Source of the DNA: Nitrospinota bacterium
GTDB lineage: Bacteria; UBA8248
DNA length: 64,000 bases
Assembly (NCBI GenBank): GCA_036231405.1
Contig: JAZAHK010000003.1
Location: 160,001 to 224,000, forward strand
Reading direction: 5' to 3'
This document shows positions 19,427-28,548 of this stretch, in pieces (the first letter of the stretch is position 1; every line of letters begins with the position of its first letter). Position numbers and translations under genes: made by a program. The notes under the pieces were generated by a model that saw only the letters and a program-made list of their open reading frames with translations, made no database searches and was not told the DNA's origin.

Positions 19427-20380
19427 TTAAGACCCCATGGTCTGTTCTGTTTCAGGAGCCCAAAAAAGAATTTTCTTTTTTGTGACCTGGACTATTTTAT
19501 GCATTCCCAAACCCATGAAGGAAAGTAAAATTAAAACAGCAAATGTTCCCGTCGTATCTGCAGAAAAACTCATTTGCATCAAAAGAACACCTAAACCGCA
19601 TTGTCCTCTTCCGCCCCACATACACATTCCAGCTCCTACAAATTCTCCTAAAATTGCCCCAAGCAAACTAAAAACAACGGCTATCTCAAGTCCCGCGAAG
19701 ATAAAAGGAAGGGCATTTGGAAATTGTAGTTTTCTAAAAGTGGTCCACCTTGAAGCCGATAAAGAACGAAGCAAGTCTAATTGATCCTGGTCAGCAGATC
19801 TCAGCCCTACCATGGTATTCACTAAAAGAGGGAAAAATGCTACTAATCCTGCAAGAAAAACCTTTGACTCAACTTCATATCCAAACCAGATAATAAAAAG
19901 AGGCGCAATAGCTAACTTAGGGAGAGTTTGAAAAGCTACGACATAAGGCATAATAATAGCCTCTATCCATTTAGATTGCATAAAAACTAGGCCAAGCCCA
20001 AGACCAATAATACTCCCTATGATAAAACCAAGGACTGCTTCAAAGAGAGTATGACTGATATGCAGATAGAAACTGTGTTGCATAACACTAGAGAAATCTG
20101 CAGTACCTGACTGTGGACCCGTTTCGATGAAAACCAAACCTCTCAGGAGAGCTTCAGCTACATCAGATGGAGCTGGAAAGATGAAATCATCAATATCAAA
20201 ATAAACAACTATCCACTCCCAAAGACTAACGAATATAATGAAAGAAACGGGAAAAAGCCATAGATTTCTCTTGTTAAAAAGAACGGTCGAAAAAGAAGGC
20301 TTAACGGACTCCACAACGTCCTGCGAAGGATTTGTGGAGTCCGTTTTTACACTATCAGGTTCATTGATTTTATTTTGCAT
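19427..20380 (-). CDS. NitT/TauT-family ABC transporter permease
   Basis: Multiple TM segments, PKLAIAPLFIIWFG, EAA-like loop. Confidence 0.92.
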   Translation of the reverse strand: MQNKINEPDSVKTDSTNPSQDVVESVKPSFSTVLFNKRNLWLFPVSFIIFVSLWEWIVVYFDIDDFIFPAPSDVAEALLRGLVFIETGPQSGTADFSSVMQHSFYLHISHTLFEAVLGFIIGSIIGLGLGLVFMQSKWIEAIIMPYVVAFQTLPKLAIAPLFIIWFGYEVESKVFLAGLVAFFPLLVNTMVGLRSADQDQLDLLRSLSASRWTTFRKLQFPNALPFIFAGLEIAVVFSLLGAILGEFVGAGMCMWGGRGQCGLGVLLMQMSFSADTTGTFAVLILLSFMGLGMHKIVQVTKKKILFWAPETEQTMGS

Positions 20381-20390
20381 TTTCTTTTAA

Positions 20391-21539
20391 TTACTTATAC
20401 TTTTTCATTAAAGCTTTATATTTCTTAAGCTCTTTTTGGATATCAAATTTTTTAGCTCTTCTAATTACTGCTTCTTTATCGAAATTATTGACTTCAGCAA
20501 TAAGATCATTAGTCCATAGTTTACTTACTTGCGCATCAGACAATTTTTTGTCTAAACCAACAAACTTGACGTACTCGGACCATTCACCTGCATGGTGAGC
20601 CCCAAATCGCTTATCCTTCTCATCATCAACTCTTAACTTAGGTGCACGTGCTCTTAAAACTTTAATCATTTTCGCCGTTGCAGCCTTACGACTCATCCCC
20701 TTAGGGATAGACTCAGGATAAAGAACCCAGTGCGCTTCTAATGCAGCATCTGGATTCGTATAAAAGAAGAGACTTCCTTTCGCAAGTCCTTTCAAGAAAC
20801 CTACAACAGTTTTTCTGTTATTTTTTAGAAACTTAGTATTAAGCCACACCACATTCCCAAATAAATTCTTTGTCCAGCTTTTTTGATAAGGGATAATATT
20901 AAATTTGAAGCCCGCAGCTTGAGCAAGAGTATACTGAACATCTACATTTGCCCAAGCTTCAACTCTCTTCATTTTCATGGCAAGTGCAGCTTTATTAACA
21001 GGACCTACTGGTAGGTACGTAACATTTTGCTTGTTTAAAGGTATCCCACATGTTTCAAGAGCTTTCCTAACAAAGTATGGACCTGAATCTCTTGCACTCA
21101 TAACACCTATTTTTTTCCCATTAAGATCACAAACAGTTTTGATAGGACTGCCAGGAGGAACAGCAACACCATCTGCATAAATAGCATCTCTATTTAGAAT
21201 ATAGACACCTGTAACTGGAGGCCATTTTTTACCTCTTGCAGCCTTAAAAAGAATAGGAATAGGCCTAGGAAGACCAACGTGTGTTCTGCCAGCTAGAACC
21301 CAGCCCATTGCTTGCGCCCCACCCTGAGCAGCTACAAATTGTGCATCTACACCCTCTTCTTGGTAGTACCCAAGAAAATTACCTATCCACAAAAAAGAAA
21401 TCCCAGGATTAAAAAGTGGATTAGCCATTGTAACTTTTATGTTAGAAAGCTTTTTTGCCGCAAAAGAATTGCCACCTGGTACAAGAAAAACAAAAAACAA
21501 ACTAAGTACTAGAAAAACTCTTAAAAAATACTTACTCAT
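20391..21539 (-). CDS. ABC transporter substrate-binding protein (NMT1/THI5, SsuA-like)
   Basis: Signal peptide, GYYQEEG, DLNGKKIGV; in operon with permease and ATPase. Confidence 0.85.
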   Translation of the reverse strand: MSKYFLRVFLVLSLFFVFLVPGGNSFAAKKLSNIKVTMANPLFNPGISFLWIGNFLGYYQEEGVDAQFVAAQGGAQAMGWVLAGRTHVGLPRPIPILFKAARGKKWPPVTGVYILNRDAIYADGVAVPPGSPIKTVCDLNGKKIGVMSARDSGPYFVRKALETCGIPLNKQNVTYLPVGPVNKAALAMKMKRVEAWANVDVQYTLAQAAGFKFNIIPYQKSWTKNLFGNVVWLNTKFLKNNRKTVVGFLKGLAKGSLFFYTNPDAALEAHWVLYPESIPKGMSRKAATAKMIKVLRARAPKLRVDDEKDKRFGAHHAGEWSEYVKFVGLDKKLSDAQVSKLWTNDLIAEVNNFDKEAVIRRAKKFDIQKELKKYKALMKKYK

Positions 21540-21578
21540 AATCACCCCCCTTTATGAAATGAGAAAATCAATTGAAAA

Positions 21579-22346
21579 TTAATCTTCAATAATCGCAACA
21601 GGTCTAACCCAAGCACCACTTGCATCCTTAATATTTATTGGAAAACAACAAAGCTTAAAACCATGAGGTTTAGGAATTGCACCAATGTTTGCTACCTGCT
21701 CTATTTGAAAATACTCACGCTTTCTTCCTAATATATGGTGACATGGCATCAATGACTCTCTTTTGCCAGCTTTAAATTCAGGGATTTGATTATTAAATGG
21801 TCTGTCAAATCCAAATGCATCAATACAAATCACTCTGACTCCACGATCTAGTAAAAATTCGGTAGATTCAATACTCATACCAGGGTGTAATTCTGAGTAA
21901 TTTGGGTCATCTCTTTTTTCATCAGTACCAGTCCAAAGAAGAACTATATCACCCTCTTTTACTTCATATTCTATTTTCGTTAAACATGACCCAATATCAC
22001 TTGCTGTAATCCAATCCCCTGTATTTTTATGACGCAGATCTAGTACGACGCCATCACCGTAACACCACTCTAAGGGTATCTGATCTACTTTTCTAGAAAC
22101 CTCTCCCGCAACAGTTGGGCCATAGTGCCAGGGGGCATCCATATGTGTAGCAGAATGAGTAGATACGGTTACCATTTCTGCTGCACCACCAACTCCGTCG
22201 TGTATATCTTCTAAATTAACACCCCATTTTTTTGCAGAGTTAGTTCCAAACTCCTTATGGTCCATGTAGGTTATTTCTGGTGGACGAGGTTCATAAGAAC
22301 CATTCATCATCGGAGTACTAAGATCAATGAATTGAGTTGCACACAT
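21579..22346 (-). CDS. Cyclase family metal-dependent hydrolase (kynurenine formamidase-like)
   Basis: HSATHMDAPWH motif, GAWVRPVA. Confidence 0.9.
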   Translation of the reverse strand: MCATQFIDLSTPMMNGSYEPRPPEITYMDHKEFGTNSAKKWGVNLEDIHDGVGGAAEMVTVSTHSATHMDAPWHYGPTVAGEVSRKVDQIPLEWCYGDGVVLDLRHKNTGDWITASDIGSCLTKIEYEVKEGDIVLLWTGTDEKRDDPNYSELHPGMSIESTEFLLDRGVRVICIDAFGFDRPFNNQIPEFKAGKRESLMPCHHILGRKREYFQIEQVANIGAIPKPHGFKLCCFPINIKDASGAWVRPVAIIED

Positions 22347-22383
22347 AATTTTTTCCCTTATTTCTAAATATGATCAAAAAATT

Positions 22384-23619
22384 TTAAACTACCCAAAGCT
22401 TTCTTTCTTGTGGATATATAAAATCATATCCATCTTTTGTAACCACTACAGTCTTTTCAATTTGCGTTCCACCAACACCAAAAACCTGACAAGGATTTTC
22501 AATGCAAATAGTAGTTCCCTCTTCAAGGGGGAAATCACTGGAAGATGGAAGGAAAGGACTGTTCATTGGAGAAGGATCAGAAAGAACATAAGGAACTTCT
22601 CTTTGCTCAAGACCAATCGCATGACCTGCAAAATTTCCATTATGTTCTAGCAAACCGCCATCTTTTGTCCCCTCAAGCAGTGCCCTATAAATCTCAGAAC
22701 CCAAAACACCAGCTTTCACTTTCAAAAGACCTGCATCAAATCCCGCTAATGTTGCCTCCCATATTTTCAATTGCTCACTTGTAGGTTCACCAAGAACTCC
22801 ACCCCAACCAGTATCAGACTGATAGTTTCCAAGCACCAGTCCTGCATCAAATTTCCACATTTCTCCTTTATTTATTTTCTTATCAGTCGGAGGGAAAATT
22901 CCTGTTGCACGCCTACCTGAACAAAAATGAAACCATTGCCAAATTCCACCACCTCTCCCAACCTCACTTCGGAAGACAGAAGCAACTTCTTGCTCAGTCG
23001 CTCCTTCCTTTACAGCATTAGATGCCGCAATACATGAACTTTCATTTAAAGCGGCGGCCGCTTTCATAGCATTAATTTCATCTTTCGTTTTCACCATTCG
23101 AATCAAACGGAAAAGATCACTAGCCTCGATTATTTCTGCCTCAGGAAGAGCAACTTCAATTTGCTTTCTAACAGTCGGATTTACCCTCTCTTGATCAAGA
23201 GCCAATCTTCCTTTATCAAGACCTCGATCGCGTAGAGCCATAGCAAGAGACGACCCTGGACTCTTTTCCCTTTTCGAATCATTGTTATACATTCCTAAGT
23301 ACGTCTCTTCTTCTAAGGTTTCAGCCTTTTTATCAGGAGGTTGAATAAGCGCACTTTTTCCTCCAAAAGTGTAATGTTCCTTGATCCATGACTGTTGCAT
23401 AGAAACATACGTCACCTCCTGGCCTGGCACTATCAAAGCAGGAGATATAGATTCATCAACTGCAAAAAGTGCAAACATATGAACCGAGTACGCATATACT
23501 TTATTAGACCAACCTACGGTTCCAGCAAGATAAGTAACATTTTCAGGAGTACTGGCAATCAGGACGTCAACATCAAATTCCTTCATCAACTTTCTTGCAC
23601 GACTTTCGTTCAAATACAT
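22384..23619 (-). CDS. M24 family Xaa-Pro peptidase/creatinase-like protein
   Basis: ENVTYLAG, RMVKTKDEI, D..YQSD, GHAIGLE, IEN, IEKTVVVT. Confidence 0.88.
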   Translation of the reverse strand: MYLNESRARKLMKEFDVDVLIASTPENVTYLAGTVGWSNKVYAYSVHMFALFAVDESISPALIVPGQEVTYVSMQQSWIKEHYTFGGKSALIQPPDKKAETLEEETYLGMYNNDSKREKSPGSSLAMALRDRGLDKGRLALDQERVNPTVRKQIEVALPEAEIIEASDLFRLIRMVKTKDEINAMKAAAALNESSCIAASNAVKEGATEQEVASVFRSEVGRGGGIWQWFHFCSGRRATGIFPPTDKKINKGEMWKFDAGLVLGNYQSDTGWGGVLGEPTSEQLKIWEATLAGFDAGLLKVKAGVLGSEIYRALLEGTKDGGLLEHNGNFAGHAIGLEQREVPYVLSDPSPMNSPFLPSSSDFPLEEGTTICIENPCQVFGVGGTQIEKTVVVTKDGYDFIYPQERKLWVV

Positions 23620-23804
23620 AGGAACAACTCCAAAAAAAACCCCTAAGCAAAGATGCTAAATGGGAAAAATATGTAGAATTTTTTAATGTTTTTAAATTAT
23701 CACTTTTTTGATTACTTCGTAAATACGAAGTAGATAAAAAACTTAAAAAATGGTAGTTATTGTCCTCTATAGAAATAAAAATTCTCACGATAGGATGCGC
23801 AGAA

Positions 23805-24986
23805 ATGCAGTCAAATATACCACGAGTTAGTAGTGAATTAGAAAAATGGCTCGAAATTTCAGATAAACTCAGTAGAAGCAGATTTGCCTCACGAGCAAAG
23901 GTTATAGATGAAGAATCTCGTTTCCCAGAAGAAAATTATAATGATTTAAAAGAAACAGGGCTATTGGCCCTTTCTGTTCCTAAAGAATATGGGGGAATAG
24001 GAGCAGATGCTCTCACTTATGTAAAAGTGTTATCAAATATAGCACGAGGATGTGCCTCGACCGGTCTTACTTTTAACATGCATAGTGCAGTTGTAGATTT
24101 CATGAAACAGCTTGCATCTCCAGAACAACAAGAGGAGTATTTCAAAAAAGTCGTAAATGACGGGGCGATTTTTGCTTCTATTACGAGTGAACCAGGAAGT
24201 TCTTTCAGAGACAAGTTATCCGTACGCACTTCAATTAGAAAGTTCTCAGATAATAAGTACAAGATTCATGGGAAAAAACATTTTTGTTCTTTATCTACCG
24301 GGGCAGATTTCTACTTCACATGGAGTTTTTTAGATGGTTCGAAAAACATAGAGGATGGCCTATACAATGTAATGATTCCATCTACTCGAAGTGGAATTGA
24401 AATATTAGATGACTGGAATGCCATTGGAATGAGAGGTACTGCATCTAATTCAGTGATGTTTAATGATGTAGAAATTTATGAAGAAGAAGTGATTGGGGAT
24501 CCAGGCAGCATACTTGGCAAGGACATGAGTATGTGGTCTCTGGGTTATACTGCGGTCTATATAGGCATTGCAGAAGCTGCTTATGAATTTACATTAGACT
24601 ATGCCATGAATAAAAAATCTGGATTGGGAGTTCCCTTGCCTGAACTTGAGAGAACTCAGAGACAAATTGGAGAAATGTCAATGATCCTTGAAAATGCACG
24701 AAGAGCTGCTGAAAAGCTTGGAATGCTTAGAGGAAATATGAATAAAATGGAATTAACTTTTATGTTAAATCAGGCAAAATATTTAGCAACTGAAGCCGCT
24801 AGAGAATTAGCTGAAAAAGGTATCCGTTTATGTGGTGGTCTTGGTCTCCAGCGCGACCTCCCACTAGAACGACATCTCAGAGATTCAATTGCAGGAATTG
24901 TCATGCCACCATCCAATGATCGTTGCCTTGAAACAGTTGGACGGATCGCTCTTGGACTAGAAGCGAAAACACTTGATTTTCAGTAA
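23805..24986 (+). CDS. Acyl-CoA dehydrogenase family flavoprotein
   Basis: VPKEYGG, SEPGS, GKKHFCS, WNAIGMRGTAS, LERHLRD. Confidence 0.9.
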   Translation: MQSNIPRVSSELEKWLEISDKLSRSRFASRAKVIDEESRFPEENYNDLKETGLLALSVPKEYGGIGADALTYVKVLSNIARGCASTGLTFNMHSAVVDFMKQLASPEQQEEYFKKVVNDGAIFASITSEPGSSFRDKLSVRTSIRKFSDNKYKIHGKKHFCSLSTGADFYFTWSFLDGSKNIEDGLYNVMIPSTRSGIEILDDWNAIGMRGTASNSVMFNDVEIYEEEVIGDPGSILGKDMSMWSLGYTAVYIGIAEAAYEFTLDYAMNKKSGLGVPLPELERTQRQIGEMSMILENARRAAEKLGMLRGNMNKMELTFMLNQAKYLATEAARELAEKGIRLCGGLGLQRDLPLERHLRDSIAGIVMPPSNDRCLETVGRIALGLEAKTLDFQ

Positions 24987-25059
24987 GATGCAAAATAGTC
25001 CGAAGAAATAAGAAAAATTCTGATTAAAATTTCTTTATCAAAAAGGAAGTTAATACCTT

Positions 25060-25929
25060 TTGCCCATTGAAACTCTTGCTATTATTTCAGGCTTTTTTTA
25101 CGCGGTAAGTGCGGTTTTAACTCGTTTAGGACTTGATAAAAGTACAAGCCAAACAGGAAGTTTTGTGGTAGCAGTAACGTATCTTGTAATTACTATACTT
25201 GCTCTTCCTTTAGATAGCAGCCCACTATCACAATTATCTTTGAACGACATATACTTTCTCGCCGCAGGTATTTCATCCCCTGCTTTTTCTGTGCTCTTTC
25301 TTTATCGTTCTATAAGTTTTATCGGTGTTGCTCCAACGACCGCCATAGTGAATACGAATGCCATATTTGGAAGTTTCCTCGCTTTTTTTATTCTCCAAGA
25401 ACGTCCTTCAGATTTGTTTTGGATTGGGCTTGTCATTGTTCTTTTTGGAATCTTTTTAATTTCAGAAGGTCTGGATAAAATGCAAGGAAAATACAAATAT
25501 ATACTTATCCCACTTTTGTCAGCAATTTGCTTTGGACTAGCTCATACCTTTAGAAAACTTGGGTTTGAAAACAGCCAATCGTCTTTCTTTACAGGTGCTT
25601 TTTTACAGGGGCTATCAGCATGCATTGTTTTGCCTTTGATACTTAGAGTCAGTTCAAATAAAAATACTAAAACTTATGTTTTTAATTTAAAATCTCTTAA
25701 ATATTTCATTCCTGCTGGTGTTGCGGTAGTACTTGGTCAATTCTTAATTCTCTATGTCATCAAGCACGGACAAGTATCACTTGTATCTTCCATATTAGCA
25801 ACCAATCCACTTTTTGGTTTGTGGTTAACTCATCTTTTCCTAAAGAAGAAGGAAAAGTTAACCCCTAAGATTATTTTTGGCGTCTTAACAATAGTCTCAG
25901 GAGTAGTAATTCTTACATTTTCAAAATAA
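25060..25929 (+). CDS. EamA/DMT family transporter
   Basis: About 10 TM helices in two repeats, LQER and KEK repeat ends. Confidence 0.85.
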   Translation: MPIETLAIISGFFYAVSAVLTRLGLDKSTSQTGSFVVAVTYLVITILALPLDSSPLSQLSLNDIYFLAAGISSPAFSVLFLYRSISFIGVAPTTAIVNTNAIFGSFLAFFILQERPSDLFWIGLVIVLFGIFLISEGLDKMQGKYKYILIPLLSAICFGLAHTFRKLGFENSQSSFFTGAFLQGLSACIVLPLILRVSSNKNTKTYVFNLKSLKYFIPAGVAVVLGQFLILYVIKHGQVSLVSSILATNPLFGLWLTHLFLKKKEKLTPKIIFGVLTIVSGVVILTFSK

Positions 25930-25955
25930 CTTTTTTTATTTTTAAAGGGGATTCT

Positions 25956-26127
25956 ATGGAATGTCAAAATAATTTTTGGCCATGGTTCTCAAAAAATGAG
26001 TATGAAGCCAGATATGCGAAAATAAGAAAAGAAAGGGGTATGGATAGGCGACACTTCCTTGGTAACTGAAGGAGGGGTAGAGAATTTACATAAATACCCT
26101 TTATCGGAATTGCATATAATTTCCTAA
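25956..26127 (+). pseudogene. Internally deleted M24 peptidase/creatinase-like gene
   Basis: AAGGGG RBS + ATG, MECQNNFWPWFSKNEYEARYAKIRKE joined out of frame to GVWIGDTSLVTEGGVENLHKYPLSELHIIS-stop. Confidence 0.65.
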
Positions 26128-26270
26128 ACATTTCAAAAGTAAAACTATACAACCAAAACATCTGACAGAACTGAATTCATGTTCTATTCATAATTGCTTC
26201 ATCATCTCTCTTTGAAAAGAAAATACAATTTGAAAGTGAAAATTTATTTCTTTTACGAAGGAGAGCCAAA

Positions 26271-27668
26271 ATGGGAGGAGCACTTGCTATATTCTTGTTC
26301 TTAACTGCACTACAATACTTAGAAATTGATTGGGATACAGGCAAAGAAAGGACTTTCATAAATACAGAAAAAAGAAAAAAGATTTCGAAAAACGAGTCTT
26401 TTAAAATCGCAGAAATAATCAATAAAACAAAAAAAAATACAATAAACAAGAAAGAGATTAACAAGCAGACTGCCGCGTTTAAAGAATTAAAAAAATATAT
26501 ATACCTCTTGAATGCTATTTCAGGGAAAGCTGAAACAAACTATTGTTCAAAAGAAAGCTTATCTCGAGCAGAGATAGGCCCTGAAATCGAATCTCTTCTG
26601 TCACGACCCGAAAAAATAAAGATAAATAGAAAAAACAAAAAAATATTAGAAATACTGTCTAAGGAAGAGCCGAAAAATATTCTATCTAGCAATGCAATTA
26701 AACATCAGATCATGGGAGATTACATGAGACTATGGTCTAATGAGTACCAATGGAATCGAGTTAGATATGAAGAAATAATAAAAGCCTACTTAAATTCTTT
26801 CATAGAAATAAAAAGCCATTTTTCTTCCGTACATAAAATGCCGGGGCAAGAAGCATCCCTCCAATCTATCAATCTTCTCAACAGAGTTTTATCTAGTAAT
26901 ACGAACTCCTACCCACGGAATTCAGGAATCCACTATTTAGGAATGTTTGCCCCGGTAAAAAAGCTTACAAAAGACCCAATATATCTCTCTCTCACCTCTC
27001 AAAAAATTGATCCAAAAGTATGGGTAAAACAAGCTGATTCTCTATTTGATAGAAGTATATTCAGTAAAAGAGAAGCTCTTAAAATTTCTCTTCTCAATAA
27101 TCAACCAGTTGAAGTAATCAATTGGTTAATTAGAAAAGGAGCGCTTGAGGAAAACAAAGCAACTTCGAAACAAAGTACCGAAAATACAACCCGCAAAGAA
27201 GAAACTCCTATCTTCTACGCTATTCACTCTTCTGCTTTTACAAAATTAATTCTAGAAAATCAAAAAAATGTGAGAGATTCAAATCATTTCAACAAGTCTG
27301 CTCTGCATTATGCGATTCAATTTGAAAATCAAGAAACAACAAAATTACTCATAGACCATGGGTTCGATATAAATCAAAAAACGACAAAAATTGCAAAGTG
27401 GCCAGAATGCACGAAATCTTCTAAATTGTACTCCCTTACTCCAATAATGTACGCGGCCAATCATAATAAAACAGATAAAATAATAACCTTATTACTTAAT
27501 GCTGGAGCACAAATAAAGCATAAGGATTCTACAGACAGAAAATTTTCAGATTACCTAAAAGAAAATAAAAATATCTCGTTAGATGCAAAGAAGAAAGTTT
27601 TAAATAGAGTTAATAGAAAAATGGAAATACAGCTAGGGAAGATGATTAATATGGAGAAACAAAGATAA
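26271..27668 (+). CDS. Ankyrin-repeat protein with N-terminal hydrophobic segment
   Basis: TPIFYA, SALHYA..LLIDHGFDIN, TPIMYAA..LLLNAGAQI. Confidence 0.8.
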   Translation: MGGALAIFLFLTALQYLEIDWDTGKERTFINTEKRKKISKNESFKIAEIINKTKKNTINKKEINKQTAAFKELKKYIYLLNAISGKAETNYCSKESLSRAEIGPEIESLLSRPEKIKINRKNKKILEILSKEEPKNILSSNAIKHQIMGDYMRLWSNEYQWNRVRYEEIIKAYLNSFIEIKSHFSSVHKMPGQEASLQSINLLNRVLSSNTNSYPRNSGIHYLGMFAPVKKLTKDPIYLSLTSQKIDPKVWVKQADSLFDRSIFSKREALKISLLNNQPVEVINWLIRKGALEENKATSKQSTENTTRKEETPIFYAIHSSAFTKLILENQKNVRDSNHFNKSALHYAIQFENQETTKLLIDHGFDINQKTTKIAKWPECTKSSKLYSLTPIMYAANHNKTDKIITLLLNAGAQIKHKDSTDRKFSDYLKENKNISLDAKKKVLNRVNRKMEIQLGKMINMEKQR

Positions 27669-27738
27669 AAACGCCCTAAGCGACATAATCACAATTTTTG
27701 AGACATTTATCATTCGGTTTTTATATTTTTTTACTGGA

Positions 27739-27777
27739 TGAGGGGGTAGACAATAAGGCTGTCCCCTCACCTTTTTT
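27739..27777 (+). terminator. Putative intrinsic terminator or attenuator
   Basis: TGAGGGG...CCCCTCA stem followed by CC and T6. Confidence 0.5.
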
Positions 27778-27819
27778 AAAATAAACAAATATTGTATGTT
27801 GTATTTTAGGAGAAAATAA

Positions 27820-28524
27820 ATGCCAAAGATTTTGGTTCTAGAAGACGACAAAGAACAGTTAAACGACCTAGTTACCTATCTGGAAACATGGGATTTTGAG
27901 GTGATACAATTCGATAATTTAAAGAGCGCGAAAAATAAAATTAAAGATACAATTGATTTTGACCTAGCTATTGTTGACGTAATGCTGGACTCAAACGATC
28001 AAGGGAATAAAGACGGATTCAGATTCGCAAAAGAACTGCGGTTAAAATCCAAAACTATACCTATCATATTCATTACAGCACTTGAGAGTGATATGAATAT
28101 GATTTCAGGCCAAAAAATTGTATGCTGGAACTATATAGTCAAACCCTACAATCCAGAACTGGTGAGGACTTCTATACATTCAGCCCTAGAGTACGCAGAT
28201 GGTTTTAAGACAGACAATCTCGAAGCACAAGATATCGTATACGGTGACTTGATCTTCAGAAGATCTGAAAGTGAAGTCGAATGGAAAGGAAAAACAATCG
28301 AACCCACAATCACAGAAAGTTTGATTTTAAGTAAGCTTTTAGTTAATCCTGGAATTGTAATAAACACGGAAACTCTCTTAGATCATCTTATAGAATCAGA
28401 TAACTACAGTGCCGTTCACGCACAGATTAAGAATATAAAGAAAAAATTCAAAACCGTTGATCCAGAATTTGATCGCATAAAAACTATCTATGGCGCCGGT
28501 TATAAATGGGTCAAAGATTCATAA
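27820..28524 (+). CDS. OmpR-family response regulator (ChvI/PdsR-like)
   Basis: LEDD, IVDVML, IIFITA, KP; C-terminal IKTIYGAGYKW. Confidence 0.92.
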   Translation: MPKILVLEDDKEQLNDLVTYLETWDFEVIQFDNLKSAKNKIKDTIDFDLAIVDVMLDSNDQGNKDGFRFAKELRLKSKTIPIIFITALESDMNMISGQKIVCWNYIVKPYNPELVRTSIHSALEYADGFKTDNLEAQDIVYGDLIFRRSESEVEWKGKTIEPTITESLILSKLLVNPGIVINTETLLDHLIESDNYSAVHAQIKNIKKKFKTVDPEFDRIKTIYGAGYKWVKDS

Positions 28525-28548
28525 GATCCAATTTCTTGGAAGTAAACT

